Part shown: positions 16,294-26,753 of the stretch, in pieces
How positions within the stretch are numbered: the first letter of the stretch is position 1
Layout: each line of letters starts with the position of its first letter
NCBI GenBank assembly: GCA_964476565.1
Contig: CAYZBG010000001.1
Coordinates: forward strand, 64,405 to 128,404
Source: an uncultured Opitutus sp.
GTDB taxonomy: Bacteria > Verrucomicrobiota > Verrucomicrobiia > Opitutales > Opitutaceae
Direction of reading: 5' to 3'
Length of the DNA: 64,000 nt
Position numbers and translations under genes: made by a program
Notes under the pieces: model-generated
The model's database searches: none
Seen by the model: the letters and a program-made list of their open reading frames with translations, nothing else
Told to the model about the DNA's origin: nothing

Positions 16294-16358
16294 GATATTC
16301 CATTAAGATGGCCGACGCCTCCATTCTGTCTCGACACGAAAAACGATAGGGTAAGCGA

Positions 16359-17186
16359 ATGGTTGCCTCCCTCGATTCCTCGCCGACCCCGCTGCTCTCA
16401 CCCTCTCAGCTCCGCCAGTTTCGCGACGACGGCTATTGCGTCGTGGAAGGGCTCTTCTCCCCGGAGGAGATCGCCGCCATCGAGGTCTTCTTCGAAGAGT
16501 TCAAGCAGAACGGGGCGGCGATCTACGATGGGAACAGCCGCTATGAGGAGGTCGACAAGACGAAGCGGCAGGTGCGTGCGATGCATCCGCACCGTCACAG
16601 CCGCCAGGCCCTGACGTGGGCGCTGCAGCCGCGCGTGATGGAGGTGCTCGCGGCGCTGCTCGGCCGGCCGGCCCTGCTCGCCCAGACGATGTACTATTTC
16701 AAGCCGCCCGGGGCCAAGGGACAGGGCATGCATCAGGACAACTTTTACCTCCTCGCGGCGCCGGCCACCTGCATCGCGGCGTGGACGGCGATCGATGCGG
16801 CCACCCTCGACAACGGCTGCCTTTACGTTGTGCCGGGCTCGCACCGCCACGACATCCATTGTCCGGCCGGCGAGGCTGAGGCCTGGCTCAGCTACGGCGA
16901 CAGCCATATCAAGCCTTTCCCGCGCGACGCGAAGCCGGTGCCAGTCGAAGTCCCGCGTGGCGCCACCATGTTCTTCGGTGGCAACCTGATCCACGGGTCG
17001 GGCCCGAATCGCACGACCGATCGCAGCCGGCGCACGTTCATCGGCCACTATATTGACGAGGCCTCCGACCGGGTCGCCGAGTTCTACCATCCGGTCCTCA
17101 ACGCACGCGGCGAGGTGGTTTCCAACATCGCCATCCCCCAGGGCGGCGGCCCCTGCGGCGACGGCTGGCTGGGCGCGACGCACTGA
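16359..17186 (+). CDS. phytanoyl-CoA dioxygenase (PhyH) family Fe(II)/2-oxoglutarate oxygenase
   Basis: QLRQFRDDGYCVVEGLFS, HQDNFY and GNLIHGSGPN are PhyH-like motifs. Confidence 0.8.
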   Translation: MVASLDSSPTPLLSPSQLRQFRDDGYCVVEGLFSPEEIAAIEVFFEEFKQNGAAIYDGNSRYEEVDKTKRQVRAMHPHRHSRQALTWALQPRVMEVLAALLGRPALLAQTMYYFKPPGAKGQGMHQDNFYLLAAPATCIAAWTAIDAATLDNGCLYVVPGSHRHDIHCPAGEAEAWLSYGDSHIKPFPRDAKPVPVEVPRGATMFFGGNLIHGSGPNRTTDRSRRTFIGHYIDEASDRVAEFYHPVLNARGEVVSNIAIPQGGGPCGDGWLGATH

Positions 17187-17191
17187 CCCTG

Positions 17192-18124
17192 TCAGGCTGC
17201 TGAGGCGGCGACCCGCAGCACGGTGAGGGCGTGAAGCCTCGCCGTGTGCACTCGGTCGCGATTGTAGCCGCCGCCGTAGAGTACGACGGCAGGCAGCCCT
17301 CGGGTGCGAATCAACCCGAGGACATGCTCGTCCCGGCTGGCAAAGTCGGCGTCGGTCAGGCGCATTTGCCCGAAGCGGTCGTCGATGTGAGGATCGGCGC
17401 CGGCGATCCAGAAAATGAAGTCGGGCCGAAAGTCATCGAGGGCTGGACCGAGTGTCGCTTCCAGCTGCTCAAGGTAGTGTTCGCCGGCAACGTATCGCGG
17501 CAGACCGACGTCGAGACAGCCGGGAACCTTGACCGAGGGATAGTTGCGGGCGACGTGGATGGAATATGTGAAAACGCGGGCGTCGCTGGCGAAGATCGCA
17601 TGCGTGCCGTTGCCCTGATGTGCGTCGGTATCGATCACGGCGATACGCCACTGTGGCGAGCGAGCCTGCAGTCGTCGGATTGCCACCGCTACGTCATTCA
17701 GTACACAGTAGCCTTCACCGCGGTCGGCAAAGGCATGATGCGTGCCGCCCGCAAGGTTGCAGGCCAGGCCATCGGTAAGAGCAGCGTCCATTGCGGCGAG
17801 GGTACCGCCGGTCTCCAGCCGGGAGCGGGTGAGCAGATTCTCTCCGGCCGGGAGTCCAAGCTTGAGCGCGGCAACCGCATCCAGGGCGCCGGCGCGGATG
17901 CGTTCCAGGTAATCGGGATGATGCACGCGCCGCAGGTCCTCCCACGGTGCGGGTTCGGGCTCTTCGACGGTGACGGCCGGCCCCGCCTCGGCCCGGATCA
18001 TGGCCTCGGCACGCCAGAACTTGTCCATCGGGAAGGGATGGGTGTCGGGCAGCGGGAAGACGTAATCGGGGTGGTAGAAGCAACGCACGGCGGGCAAGCA
18101 GGTTGAAAAATTGCCGTTTCGCAA
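17192..18124 (-). CDS. histone deacetylase-family amidohydrolase
   Basis: GGTHHAFADRGEGYCVLNDVAVAI and DTDAHQGNGT motifs are present. Confidence 0.85.
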   Translation of the reverse strand: MRNGNFSTCLPAVRCFYHPDYVFPLPDTHPFPMDKFWRAEAMIRAEAGPAVTVEEPEPAPWEDLRRVHHPDYLERIRAGALDAVAALKLGLPAGENLLTRSRLETGGTLAAMDAALTDGLACNLAGGTHHAFADRGEGYCVLNDVAVAIRRLQARSPQWRIAVIDTDAHQGNGTHAIFASDARVFTYSIHVARNYPSVKVPGCLDVGLPRYVAGEHYLEQLEATLGPALDDFRPDFIFWIAGADPHIDDRFGQMRLTDADFASRDEHVLGLIRTRGLPAVVLYGGGYNRDRVHTARLHALTVLRVAASAA

Positions 18125-18135
18125 TCGCGTGCAGG

Positions 18136-18396
18136 ATGGAGCGTGAGATTCTGAACGCGTTGGCCCGTCTGCGTCCTGGGACGACGGTTTGTCCCGGAAT
18201 GCTCGCGCGGCGCCTCGGGTCGACGCTGCGGCAGTTGCGTCCGGCCTACCTTTCCCTGGCGGAACAAGGAACCATCGTTGTCACCCAGCGCGGATTGCCG
18301 GCGGATCTCCGGACCCTGCGCGGGCCCTTTCGCGTGGCTTTGCCGGAGCGTGGCTCCGGTGCTACTCGCGCGTCTTCGAATCGAGCAGGATCGTGA
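18136..18396 (+). CDS. DUF3253-like small protein
   Basis: [11 protein letters not shown]...[13 protein letters not shown]...GPFRV follows the DUF3253 pattern as I recall it. The start is uncertain. Confidence 0.45.
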   Translation: MEREILNALARLRPGTTVCPGMLARRLGSTLRQLRPAYLSLAEQGTIVVTQRGLPADLRTLRGPFRVALPERGSGATRASSNRAGS

Positions 18397-18814
18397 CCGG
18401 GCCGTCGTTGACGAGCGACACCTGCATGGCGGCGCCGAATTCGCCGCGGGCGACCGGGGCGCCGAGCCGCGCTTCGCAGTCCCGGAGGAACCGCTCGTAG
18501 AGAGGGATCGCTGCGGCGGGCGGCGCGGCGTCGTTGAAGGACGGCCGTGTGCCTTTGCGTGTGCTGGCGAAGAGGGTGAACTGGCTGACCACGAGCAGGC
18601 CGCCGCCGATGTCGAGCAACGACCGGTTCATCCGGTCCTCGGTGTCGGCAAAAATGCGAAGCTCGACGAGCTTCCGGGCCAACCAGGCGGCATCTTCGAG
18701 CGTATCGCCGGACGCAATACCCACCAGCACGAGCAAACCCGGGCCGATCGCGCCAAGGGTGCGGCCCTCTGACGTTACCTTTGCTTCGCTGACCCGCTGT
18801 GCGACCGCACGCAT
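18362..18814 (-). CDS. dtd: D-aminoacyl-tRNA deacylase
   Basis: MRAVAQRV...GLLVLVGI...VVSQFTL...GTRPSF...NDGPVT are conserved over the full length. Confidence 0.93.
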   Translation of the reverse strand: MRAVAQRVSEAKVTSEGRTLGAIGPGLLVLVGIASGDTLEDAAWLARKLVELRIFADTEDRMNRSLLDIGGGLLVVSQFTLFASTRKGTRPSFNDAAPPAAAIPLYERFLRDCEARLGAPVARGEFGAAMQVSLVNDGPVTILLDSKTRE

Positions 18815-18820
18815 GCAGCG

Positions 18821-20185
18821 TCAATCCAGCTGCTTCACGAGCACTTTGGGATTCCGGCCGCTCTCTTCGTAAAGCCTGAGCCGGTCCTTCGGTAGAATGG
18901 ATTTGTCGGTTTCCTCGAAGCCGCAGACGCTGGTGAAGAAGGTCGCGCTCTGGGTCGACAGGGCGACGACGCGTTTCGCACCGCGTTCCTTGGCCCGCAG
19001 GCTGGCGAACTCGACCATCTTTCTCCCGATGCCCCGGTTATGATAAAAAGGCAGGACGTACACCGAACCGATCTCAGCGAGGTCCTTGATGTCGGGATAA
19101 AAATAGAGCGTGACGCAGGCGATGATGTTTTCGTCGATCTCGAAGACGAAGAACTGCTCGATGTTTTTCTCGATCGCCTGCTGGGTGCGGTGGATGAGTT
19201 CCTCGCGCTTCACCGCGCTGCGGGTGAGGCTGTAGATGAAACGGACATCCCGGCGCGTGGCCTTGCGGATCTGCTGGTAGTCGTTGCCGTAAATCAGGGT
19301 GCCGATACCCTCGTTCGAGAAGATCTCGTTGAGCAGTCCGTCGAAGATCCGGCTATCGACAATGTGCACGCGCGGGGTGCCGGTCTCGATCGCCTTGACG
19401 GCGTGAGTCACCTTGGAGCGGGCGTCGTCAGCGATCTGTTCCGGATGTTCCTTGAGGAGAAGGCGGAGGGCATCGACTGAGATCTCGCGCCGGAACTCGC
19501 CGTTGAGGAGCAGGCCCGGAAGCTCGGTGAGATAAAGGATCTTGGTGGCGTTGAGCGCTTCGGCAATTTCGGCGGCGAGCAGATCGGAATTCACCCGAAG
19601 GGTGCGACCGTCGGGACCGAAGCCGATGGGCTGGATGATCGGGATGATGTCCTCGGCGAGCAGGTGCTCGAGGAAGCCCTTGTCGACCCGGTCCACCTTG
19701 CCGGTGAACTGCTGGTCCACGCCCTTCAGCACGCCGATCGGCAGGGCGCGAACCGCGTTGGTGATGGCGCATTTGAGCCCGTTTTGGGTCAGGCCCTCGA
19801 GAATGAGGTGGGAGACGCGCGACGAGGCCCGCACGGCCAGGTCGAGGGTGGCGGCGTCCGTGACACCGGTCCCGTCGGCGTTCGAGATGGGCACATTGCG
19901 CAGATCGGAGAGCTCGCGCAGTTGCACCGAAATACCGTGAACCAGCACCACGCGGATGGTGAGGCTGCGCAACACGGCGATATCGACCAGCAGGTTGGGG
20001 AAGTTCTCGTCGGCCACACTCGAACCATCGAGCGCGATCACGAAGATCTGATCCCGGAAACGCGGGATGTACTTCAAGATGCCGCGCAGGTCGGTGGGCT
20101 TGATCGTCGTGGCGGTGGCCGGGATCGCCGGCGTGGCGGAGCCATTGCTCATGTCTCGTGGTTGCAGGGGGGAGTCTTCGGGCAA
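18821..20185 (-). CDS. argA: amino-acid N-acetyltransferase (N-acetylglutamate synthase; AAK + GNAT domains)
   Basis: An N-terminal amino-acid-kinase fold (FVIALDGS...VVLVHG) is joined to a C-terminal GNAT domain (YHNRGIGRKMVEF). Confidence 0.85.
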   Translation of the reverse strand: MPEDSPLQPRDMSNGSATPAIPATATTIKPTDLRGILKYIPRFRDQIFVIALDGSSVADENFPNLLVDIAVLRSLTIRVVLVHGISVQLRELSDLRNVPISNADGTGVTDAATLDLAVRASSRVSHLILEGLTQNGLKCAITNAVRALPIGVLKGVDQQFTGKVDRVDKGFLEHLLAEDIIPIIQPIGFGPDGRTLRVNSDLLAAEIAEALNATKILYLTELPGLLLNGEFRREISVDALRLLLKEHPEQIADDARSKVTHAVKAIETGTPRVHIVDSRIFDGLLNEIFSNEGIGTLIYGNDYQQIRKATRRDVRFIYSLTRSAVKREELIHRTQQAIEKNIEQFFVFEIDENIIACVTLYFYPDIKDLAEIGSVYVLPFYHNRGIGRKMVEFASLRAKERGAKRVVALSTQSATFFTSVCGFEETDKSILPKDRLRLYEESGRNPKVLVKQLD

Positions 20186-20308
20186 GGAGATCGATCCGTC
20201 AATGACCGAGGCGGGCAGGCTGCGGGTGGCCAGACGCCTTGCCGCGCATCAATCCCGCACCGGGAGCGTCGATGCTCCCTCCTGGTGCCACGCGCTCCCC
20301 GCCAATCC

Positions 20309-20932
20309 TCACTCGACGACGATCTCCCACCGCTGCGACTGTCGGGAGCCGACGAGGAGAACCTGATAGCGGCCGGTCTTGAACGTGCCGGCGGGAATCT
20401 CGATCTGGACGATGCTTTCGCGGCTGCGGGCGAGCAGGTCTCCCTGAATGCGTTCGAAGGTCGGTATCAGCACGAGGTCGTTCTCGCGCAGGTAGAGTTC
20501 AGCGCCGGCGAGTTGCTCCTTGTTGTCCGGCACCGAGCAGACGAACTGCACCGCATACGGCGCGTCGCCGCGGGTGGAGGCTGCCGCCGTCACGCCCAGC
20601 ACGGATTCGGGCATCAGGGGGATCTCGACGAGCACCTGACTGAGAATGACGGGCAGGCCACCCGGGGCGGAGGAGGGGGTGGCGGCGGCGCCGGCGAGCC
20701 GGAACCGGGAAGGGTCGGCGTTGCGCTGCGCCGCAACCGTGAAGCGTTGGTAGCCGGCTTCGAGCAGACGGACAACGTTGGCGCGATTCTTCGAATCCTC
20801 GTAGGGCTGAAAGGCCGGACCGGGTTTGCGGTAGCGCAGCGTGATCCATGTGTACGGGATGATGCAAAGCAGGATGGCCAGGATCACCCAGCGCATCGGC
20901 CACGGTTTCTTGTCGGTGCTGCGAGCGGACAT
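20309..20932 (-). CDS. membrane-anchored hypothetical protein
   Basis: From ATG 20932 there is an N-terminal TM segment (WVILAILLCIIPYTWI). No family recognised. Confidence 0.5.
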   Translation of the reverse strand: MSARSTDKKPWPMRWVILAILLCIIPYTWITLRYRKPGPAFQPYEDSKNRANVVRLLEAGYQRFTVAAQRNADPSRFRLAGAAATPSSAPGGLPVILSQVLVEIPLMPESVLGVTAAASTRGDAPYAVQFVCSVPDNKEQLAGAELYLRENDLVLIPTFERIQGDLLARSRESIVQIEIPAGTFKTGRYQVLLVGSRQSQRWEIVVE

Positions 20933-21073
20933 GACCGGAGAGTGAAGGCGGCGTCGCCGGGTGGGGCAATCCTCCTTGCGTGGTCGATGTCTAGCGGGAC
21001 CGGGATGGGCCCCACTCATGGGATTTGAAAGTGGACTTGCGACCCGGGTGGAGGCGCCGCGTACTGATCCGGC

Positions 21074-21835
21074 ATGAGTTCAACCGCGCCCGACCCCAAG
21101 GCGGGGGAAAAAGCCTACTATCGCGCCATCGGTGAGGCCGGTCGGGCGCATGCGCGCGGCAAGCCGTTCTCCGACGCGGAGTGCGGCAAGTACCTCGCGG
21201 ATCTCGGTGCGTTGCTGGCGATGATGGAACCGGCGCCCCGGCGCGTACTCGACCTCGGATGTGGCACGGGTTGGACCTCGCTGTTTCTGGCCCGCGCCGG
21301 GCACGACGTCACCGGGGTCGATCTGGCGGAGGAGGCCATTGCCGCCGCGCGCGAGATCGCGGCGAGGGAGGAGTTGCCACGGCTGAGCTACGTGGCGGCC
21401 GATTACGAGAGCTTCGCGCCCGAGCCGATCTACGACTATGTGTTGTTCTACGATGCGCTCCACCATGCCGAGGACGAAGCGGCGGCCCTGCGCACCGCTT
21501 ACCGTGCACTGAAGCCGGGCGGTGTCGTTTTTGCCTTTGAACCCGGGGCGGGCCATCATCGCACGCCCGGTGCCCGTGAAGCGGTGTCCGTGTATGGCGT
21601 GCACGAGAAGGAGATGCCGCCGGGCAAAGTCTGGCGTCTCGGCCGGGCGGTGGGCTTCCGGCGTGCGCTCTATCTGCCGCTGCCTCGCCAGGTGAGCGGA
21701 GGCCTGTTTCGGCGGGACTTTCTGCGCCACCCGTCGGGCGGCCGGCTCTGGCTCGAGCGACTCTGGGGATTCTTCCGCGTGGTGGGCCGGGTTCTCTTCG
21801 CGCGGCGATCAGGCCTGCTGTTGATGTGGAAATAG
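21074..21835 (+). CDS. class I SAM-dependent methyltransferase
   Basis: VLDLGCGTGW motif I is present. Confidence 0.8.
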   Translation: MSSTAPDPKAGEKAYYRAIGEAGRAHARGKPFSDAECGKYLADLGALLAMMEPAPRRVLDLGCGTGWTSLFLARAGHDVTGVDLAEEAIAAAREIAAREELPRLSYVAADYESFAPEPIYDYVLFYDALHHAEDEAAALRTAYRALKPGGVVFAFEPGAGHHRTPGAREAVSVYGVHEKEMPPGKVWRLGRAVGFRRALYLPLPRQVSGGLFRRDFLRHPSGGRLWLERLWGFFRVVGRVLFARRSGLLLMWK

Positions 21836-21863
21836 CGGCCCGTTGTCGGGCCGGTGTGGATAC

Positions 21864-21892
21864 AAAAAAAGCGCGCCGGGTGTGGCGCGCTT
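21864..21892 (-). terminator. rho-independent terminator after the pdh operon
   Basis: The minus strand reads AAGCGCGCC-N6-GGCGCGCTT followed by TTTTTGT. Confidence 0.6.
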
Positions 21893-21915
21893 GAGGGACG
21901 GGAGCTTCGGCTCGC

Positions 21916-23208
21916 TCAGACGAGCAGCAGGGCCGGCGCTTCGAGCAGCTGCTTGAGAGCGCCGAGGTACTGCGCGCCCACCGCGCCGTCGAATACCCGA
22001 TGATCGCAGCTCAGGGTCATCGTCAGCGTTTGGCCGGCCACGATCTGGCCGTTCTTCACCACGGGCTTGGCCACGGTGGTTCCGACCGCGAGGATGGCGG
22101 CGTTGGGCGGATTGATGATGGCGGTGAATTTGGGGATGCCCATCATGCCGAGATTCGAGACACAGAAGGTGCCGCCCGTGTAGTCGGCCGGAGCGAGTTT
22201 CTTCTCCTTGGCCTTCTTGCCGAGGGCCTTGGCTTCGACGCTGATCTGGAAAACGCTCTTCAGGTGCGTGTCGCGGATCACCGGGGTGATCAGGCCGTCC
22301 TCGAGCGCCACGGCGAACGCCACGTGCGCGGCGCCGTGATGGCGGATGTGCGTGCCTTCCCACGAGCAGTTCACGGTCGGAACCTTGCGCAGGGCCTCGG
22401 CACTGGCCTTGAGCACGAAGTCGTTGACGGAGAGCTTAACGCCTTCCTTTTCGAGACCGGTGTTGAGCTGCTGGCGCAGCGCCAGCAACGGCTCGGCGTC
22501 GATCTCGATGTCGAGATAGACGTACGGGATCGTCGTGGTCGATTCGACCATGCGTTTGGCGATCACGCCACGCATGGTGGAGACGGGGACGAGACGATCC
22601 TCCTGCACCGGACCCTTGTTGACGAGTGAACCGCCGCTGAAGGTGGCTGCCTTGGCCGCGCCGGGTTTGGCGGAGCCGTTCTTCTCCGCGGCGATGACAT
22701 CCGCGCGCACGATCCGACCTCCGGGACCGGAGCCGGTGATCCGGGCGGGATCGAGTCCCTTTTCGGCGGCCAGTTTTCGGGCGAGGGGCGAAATCTTGAC
22801 GCGCCCCCCGGCCGTGGTGGCCGGGGCCGGCTCGGCCGGGGCCGAGGCCGCCGCCGGAGCCGGGGCGGCGACGGGCGCCGCCGGAGCAGGGGCAGGTTCA
22901 GCTTTCGCGGCTTCGGCTTTGGCCGGAGCGGCGGCCGGACTCTTGCTCTTCGGCGTCGGCACGGATTCGCCGGGCTTGCCGACGGCGCAGAGCGCCTCAC
23001 CAATGGCGACCTGCGAGCCGGCCGGAGCGAAGATCTTCAACAACGTGCCATCGAAGAAGCACTCCAGCTCCATGGTCGCCTTGTCGGTTTCGACCTCGGC
23101 GAGCATCATGCCGGCCTTAACGGCGTCGCCTTCGTTTTTGAGCCATTTGACCAGCGTGCCCACCGTCATGGTGTCGCTGAGTTTGGGCATTTCGATGATT
23201 TCGGCCAT
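21916..23208 (-). CDS. pdhC: pyruvate dehydrogenase complex E2 dihydrolipoamide acetyltransferase
   Basis: It has a lipoyl domain (EVETDKATMELE), an Ala/Pro linker, an E3-binding domain and a catalytic DHR motif region. Confidence 0.93.
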   Translation of the reverse strand: MAEIIEMPKLSDTMTVGTLVKWLKNEGDAVKAGMMLAEVETDKATMELECFFDGTLLKIFAPAGSQVAIGEALCAVGKPGESVPTPKSKSPAAAPAKAEAAKAEPAPAPAAPVAAPAPAAASAPAEPAPATTAGGRVKISPLARKLAAEKGLDPARITGSGPGGRIVRADVIAAEKNGSAKPGAAKAATFSGGSLVNKGPVQEDRLVPVSTMRGVIAKRMVESTTTIPYVYLDIEIDAEPLLALRQQLNTGLEKEGVKLSVNDFVLKASAEALRKVPTVNCSWEGTHIRHHGAAHVAFAVALEDGLITPVIRDTHLKSVFQISVEAKALGKKAKEKKLAPADYTGGTFCVSNLGMMGIPKFTAIINPPNAAILAVGTTVAKPVVKNGQIVAGQTLTMTLSCDHRVFDGAVGAQYLGALKQLLEAPALLLV

Positions 23209-23303
23209 GGGGAGAAGGAAAGGGTGAATTATGAATGATGAAGGAGGAAGGAGACGGAGGGCGTGGCTGGCGGGCGTCGGTTCAACCCCGTCTTTCCGGC
23301 TTC

Positions 23304-24281
23304 TTACTTTACGGCCGCCAACGCCGCCTTGAGCACGCGCTGGGGATTCGGCAGTTGTTCGGTTTCGACCGGCGGGCTGTAGATCGCGGGCGCGTCGACC
23401 GTCGACAGGCGATGGATCGGACCGTCGAGTTCGTCGAAGGCCATGCGCTGGATCATGTCGGACAGCTGCGATCCCACGCTGGCGAACGGCTTCTGTTCCT
23501 CGACGATCAGCACGCGGTGCGTCTTCGCGACCGACTTCAGCACGGTGTCGATATCGAGGGGACGGATGGAGCGCAGATCGACGATTTCGACCGAGAGGTC
23601 GTGTTCTTTCTCCAGGACTTCCGCGGCCTTGAGGGAGTGCAGGACGGAGCGTCCGTAGGTGACGATGGTGAGATCGGTGCCTTCGCGCTTCACGTCGGCT
23701 TTGCCGAGCGGAACGACGTGTTCGCCCTCCGGAACCTCGCCCTTTTCGCCGTAGAGCAGCGTATTCTCGAGGAAGAAGACCGGATCGTTGTCGCGGATGG
23801 CGGACTTGAGCAGGCCCTTGGCATCCGCGGCGGTGGCCGGGACGACCACCTTCACGCCCGGATGGTTGGCGAGCACGTTCTCCGGCGTATGCGAGTGGGT
23901 GGCGCCGACGTTGGTGCCGCCATTGGCGGGACCGCGGACGACGATCGGGCAGTTGATCTTACCCCCGCTCATGTAGCGGACGTTGGCGGCGTTGTTGAGG
24001 ATCTGGTCAAACGCGACGGAGTAGAACGACCAGAACATCAGCTCCATCACGGGGCGGATGCCGAGCATCGAGGCGCCGATGCCCATGCCAATGAAGCCGG
24101 CTTCGCTGATCGGCGTGTCGACGATGCGTTTCGGGCCGAAGCGTGCGAGCAGGCCTTCGGTGACCTTGTAGGCACCGTTGAACTGGGCGACTTCTTCGCC
24201 CATGACGACGACGTTGGCATCGCGCTCGAGTTCCTCGGCGAGGGCGTGGCGGATGGCTTCGCGATAAGTGATGAGAGGCAT
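23304..24281 (-). CDS. pdhB: pyruvate dehydrogenase E1 beta subunit
   Basis: Full-length similarity to transketolase-like E1 beta proteins (VVMGEEVAQFNGAYKVT...DTPISE). Confidence 0.93.
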   Translation of the reverse strand: MPLITYREAIRHALAEELERDANVVVMGEEVAQFNGAYKVTEGLLARFGPKRIVDTPISEAGFIGMGIGASMLGIRPVMELMFWSFYSVAFDQILNNAANVRYMSGGKINCPIVVRGPANGGTNVGATHSHTPENVLANHPGVKVVVPATAADAKGLLKSAIRDNDPVFFLENTLLYGEKGEVPEGEHVVPLGKADVKREGTDLTIVTYGRSVLHSLKAAEVLEKEHDLSVEIVDLRSIRPLDIDTVLKSVAKTHRVLIVEEQKPFASVGSQLSDMIQRMAFDELDGPIHRLSTVDAPAIYSPPVETEQLPNPQRVLKAALAAVK

Positions 24282-24328
24282 CGTGGAGATCTCGGCGTGA
24301 AAACGGATGAAGGGGTGCGGAGCGCAGG

Positions 24329-25423
24329 TCAGTTGTCGAAGAACAGGCGGCCTTCGGACGTGCGTTTGTCGGCGTGGTCGACCTCCCAGTAGACGTCTTT
24401 CTGGATGTCTTCGACAGTCGGGTAGGGGCTTGCCTCGGAGAAATCCGCGGCGGCATCGGCCTCGGCGCGCGCCTCGGTGTCGATCTGTTCGATGAGGGCG
24501 TCGTTAAGCACGCCTTCGTCCACCAGGGTGCGTTGGAAAAGGGTGATCGGATCCTTGGTGCGCTGGTATTCCTCGATCTCGGCCTTGTCGCGATAGGTCT
24601 TGTCCGGATCGGCCACGGAGTGACCGCGGTAGCGATAGGTATCGATCTCCACCACGGCCGGTTTCGATTGCTCCCGGGCGCGGGTGAGGAACTTGTCCAT
24701 CGTTGCCCGCACCGCGTAGACGTCATGACCGTCGCAGGTGGCCCATTCCATGCCGTAGGCTTCGGCGCGCTGGGCGAGGCCCGGGCCGGCGGAGGAACGC
24801 TCCTGACTGGTGCCCATCGAGTAGCGATTGTTCTCGATCACAAAGATGACCGGGAGATCCCACAGGGCGGCGAGGTTGTAGGCTTCGTGCACTGCACCCT
24901 GATTCACGGCGCCGTCGCCCATGAATGCCATCGCGGCCCCTTTGAGCCCCTGATACTTCAAGGCATAGGCGAGACCGGTGCCGAGCGGGATCTGGCCGCC
25001 GACGATGCCGTGGCCGCCCCAAAAATTCATCGACGGTTCGAAATAGTGCATCGAGCCGCCCTTGCCCTTGGAGCAACCGGTGACCTTGCCATAGAGTTCC
25101 GCCATGAGGGGCTTGGTGTCCATGCCGACGGCGATGGCGTGACCGTGGTCCCGATAGGCCGTGATCACATGGTCGTTCTTGCCCATGAGCGAGCAGCAGC
25201 CGACGGCTACGGCCTCCTGGCCGATGTAGAGGTGGAGGAAGCCACCGATCTTCTTGGCCTGATAGGCGCGCAGACTGCGTTCCTCGAAGCGGCGGATGCG
25301 CACCATCTGGCGGTAAAGCTCGATCCGCTGCTCCTTGGTCAATTGGGCGTTGATCGGGGCGCTGGCGGGGGTGGTGCCCGCATCGGCTTTCTTATCGGCA
25401 GTGGCAGTCGGTTTTTTGCTCAC
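24329..25423 (-). CDS. pdhA: pyruvate dehydrogenase E1 alpha subunit
   Basis: RIRRFEE...GFLHLYIGQEAVAVG... and a TPP-binding region are present. I chose the GTG 25423 start because the track start at 25561 would overlap the Nudix gene. The start remains uncertain. Confidence 0.9.
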   Translation of the reverse strand: MSKKPTATADKKADAGTTPASAPINAQLTKEQRIELYRQMVRIRRFEERSLRAYQAKKIGGFLHLYIGQEAVAVGCCSLMGKNDHVITAYRDHGHAIAVGMDTKPLMAELYGKVTGCSKGKGGSMHYFEPSMNFWGGHGIVGGQIPLGTGLAYALKYQGLKGAAMAFMGDGAVNQGAVHEAYNLAALWDLPVIFVIENNRYSMGTSQERSSAGPGLAQRAEAYGMEWATCDGHDVYAVRATMDKFLTRAREQSKPAVVEIDTYRYRGHSVADPDKTYRDKAEIEEYQRTKDPITLFQRTLVDEGVLNDALIEQIDTEARAEADAAADFSEASPYPTVEDIQKDVYWEVDHADKRTSEGRLFFDN

Positions 25424-25479
25424 GGGAGGAGGCGACGATGGTTGGAAAAACGCGAAGTCTTTGTCGGACAGAGGGGAAA

Positions 25480-26010
25480 TCAAGCGTTGATTCGCCCGCC
25501 GCCGCCGGTCGGAGGCGTGACTTGCTCGACAGTGATTCGCAACGGCTGGCCCGGGTCGCAATCGGCGCGCAACGCCACGAATTGTTCCTTGTACTGGTCA
25601 AAGATCGGCCACAACGCGGTCCGGTCGGTCGCGGGAAGCGGGAGCGTATCAATCTCCGAGCGCGCAAAGAATCCGAAACGGCCCTCGCTGATCGCAGGAG
25701 GCAGGCTGGGAATGGGCCGGAGGCACCGGAACAGGAACAGGAGCCAGTGCGAGGACCCTTCGTAGGCCTTTTCGGCGATCATGCCAAACAGGTGCAGGTC
25801 ATCGGTCGTGATCGTGAACCCGGTTTCCTCCTTCGTTTCGCGCACCGCACATTCAAAGGGCGACTCGCCCAAGGCGGTCTCCAGTTTTCCACCGATCGGA
25901 CTCCAGGCGCCCAGGTTGGGTGCCTTGGCACGCAGTAGCAGCAGGTGTTGGCCGTCGGAATTCTCGAGAAACACGAGTGCGGCGATCTTGTAGGCTAGCG
26001 GGACGGACAT
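25480..26010 (-). CDS. NUDIX hydrolase
   Basis: The Nudix box is GGKLETALGESPFECAVRETKEETGF. Confidence 0.85.
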   Translation of the reverse strand: MSVPLAYKIAALVFLENSDGQHLLLLRAKAPNLGAWSPIGGKLETALGESPFECAVRETKEETGFTITTDDLHLFGMIAEKAYEGSSHWLLFLFRCLRPIPSLPPAISEGRFGFFARSEIDTLPLPATDRTALWPIFDQYKEQFVALRADCDPGQPLRITVEQVTPPTGGGGRINA

Positions 26011-26084
26011 GGAGCAAGGACGTGGAAGGGCGGACTTCGAACGTGACCCGACCGAAAGGTGGCTCAATGCTAATTGGTCCCCCT

Positions 26085-26693
26085 ATGCGTCTTCTCTCAC
26101 TTGTGTCCTCGATGGGCACCGGCCGGGCTTTGCTTGGCGTGCTCCTGCCGTTGGTCTGTGCCGCGGCGGCCCCCGCATCGCCGCCCGCCGCCGTTGCCGT
26201 GCACGACGTAACCTGCTCCCTCCTGCGCAACGAGGGTGGGTGGCTGGAACTCGCGGTGGAGCTGGAGGCGGGCGTACCGTCGCGGCCCCGGGCATGGGTG
26301 GACCACGTTACGGTGGCGGTCTGGCTGGCGTATGAGCCTCCGGCGGCATCCGGCGCGCCGCCACGGCGCTTCCACGCCGCGGCGGAGTTTGTCACCATTC
26401 CGTCCGGTCGCTCCACGGTTCGATTCTACCTGCCTCCGGAGGTCGTGGTTCGCGACCAGGTGCGTACCGACCGGATCGACTACGTCGTGGAATTGCAGGT
26501 GGACGGACGAAAACAGGAGTGGACCGAGGCCGCGGTTTGCCGGCGTTTGCGATCATCTGCGGCATGGGCGGTCTTTCTCGCTCAAGGCCGCGCCGCCGAA
26601 GGTGAGGCCGACGGCGTCCTGCGGAGTCAGGCCGAGTCTCCGTTTGCCTGGGATCCGCGACGGCCAACTCCGGCAATGCGGTTGAGGCGGTGA
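26085..26693 (+). CDS. secreted hypothetical protein, first gene of the pilus-like cluster
   Basis: It has a signal peptide (MRLLSLVSSMGTGRALLGVLLPLVCAAAAP). No family recognised. Confidence 0.5.
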   Translation: MRLLSLVSSMGTGRALLGVLLPLVCAAAAPASPPAAVAVHDVTCSLLRNEGGWLELAVELEAGVPSRPRAWVDHVTVAVWLAYEPPAASGAPPRRFHAAAEFVTIPSGRSTVRFYLPPEVVVRDQVRTDRIDYVVELQVDGRKQEWTEAAVCRRLRSSAAWAVFLAQGRAAEGEADGVLRSQAESPFAWDPRRPTPAMRLRR

Positions 26694-26753
26694 AGCCAGG
26701 GAATAAAACGCACTTTACTTGCAATAGATTTTCTGGGATCGACGGACTCCCCT

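Noticed and set aside
24329-25561. The long version of pdhA starting at 25561.
   Set aside because: It would overlap the convergently annotated Nudix gene end (25480), and the extra residues are not E1-alpha-like. I preferred GTG 25423, but the start remains uncertain.
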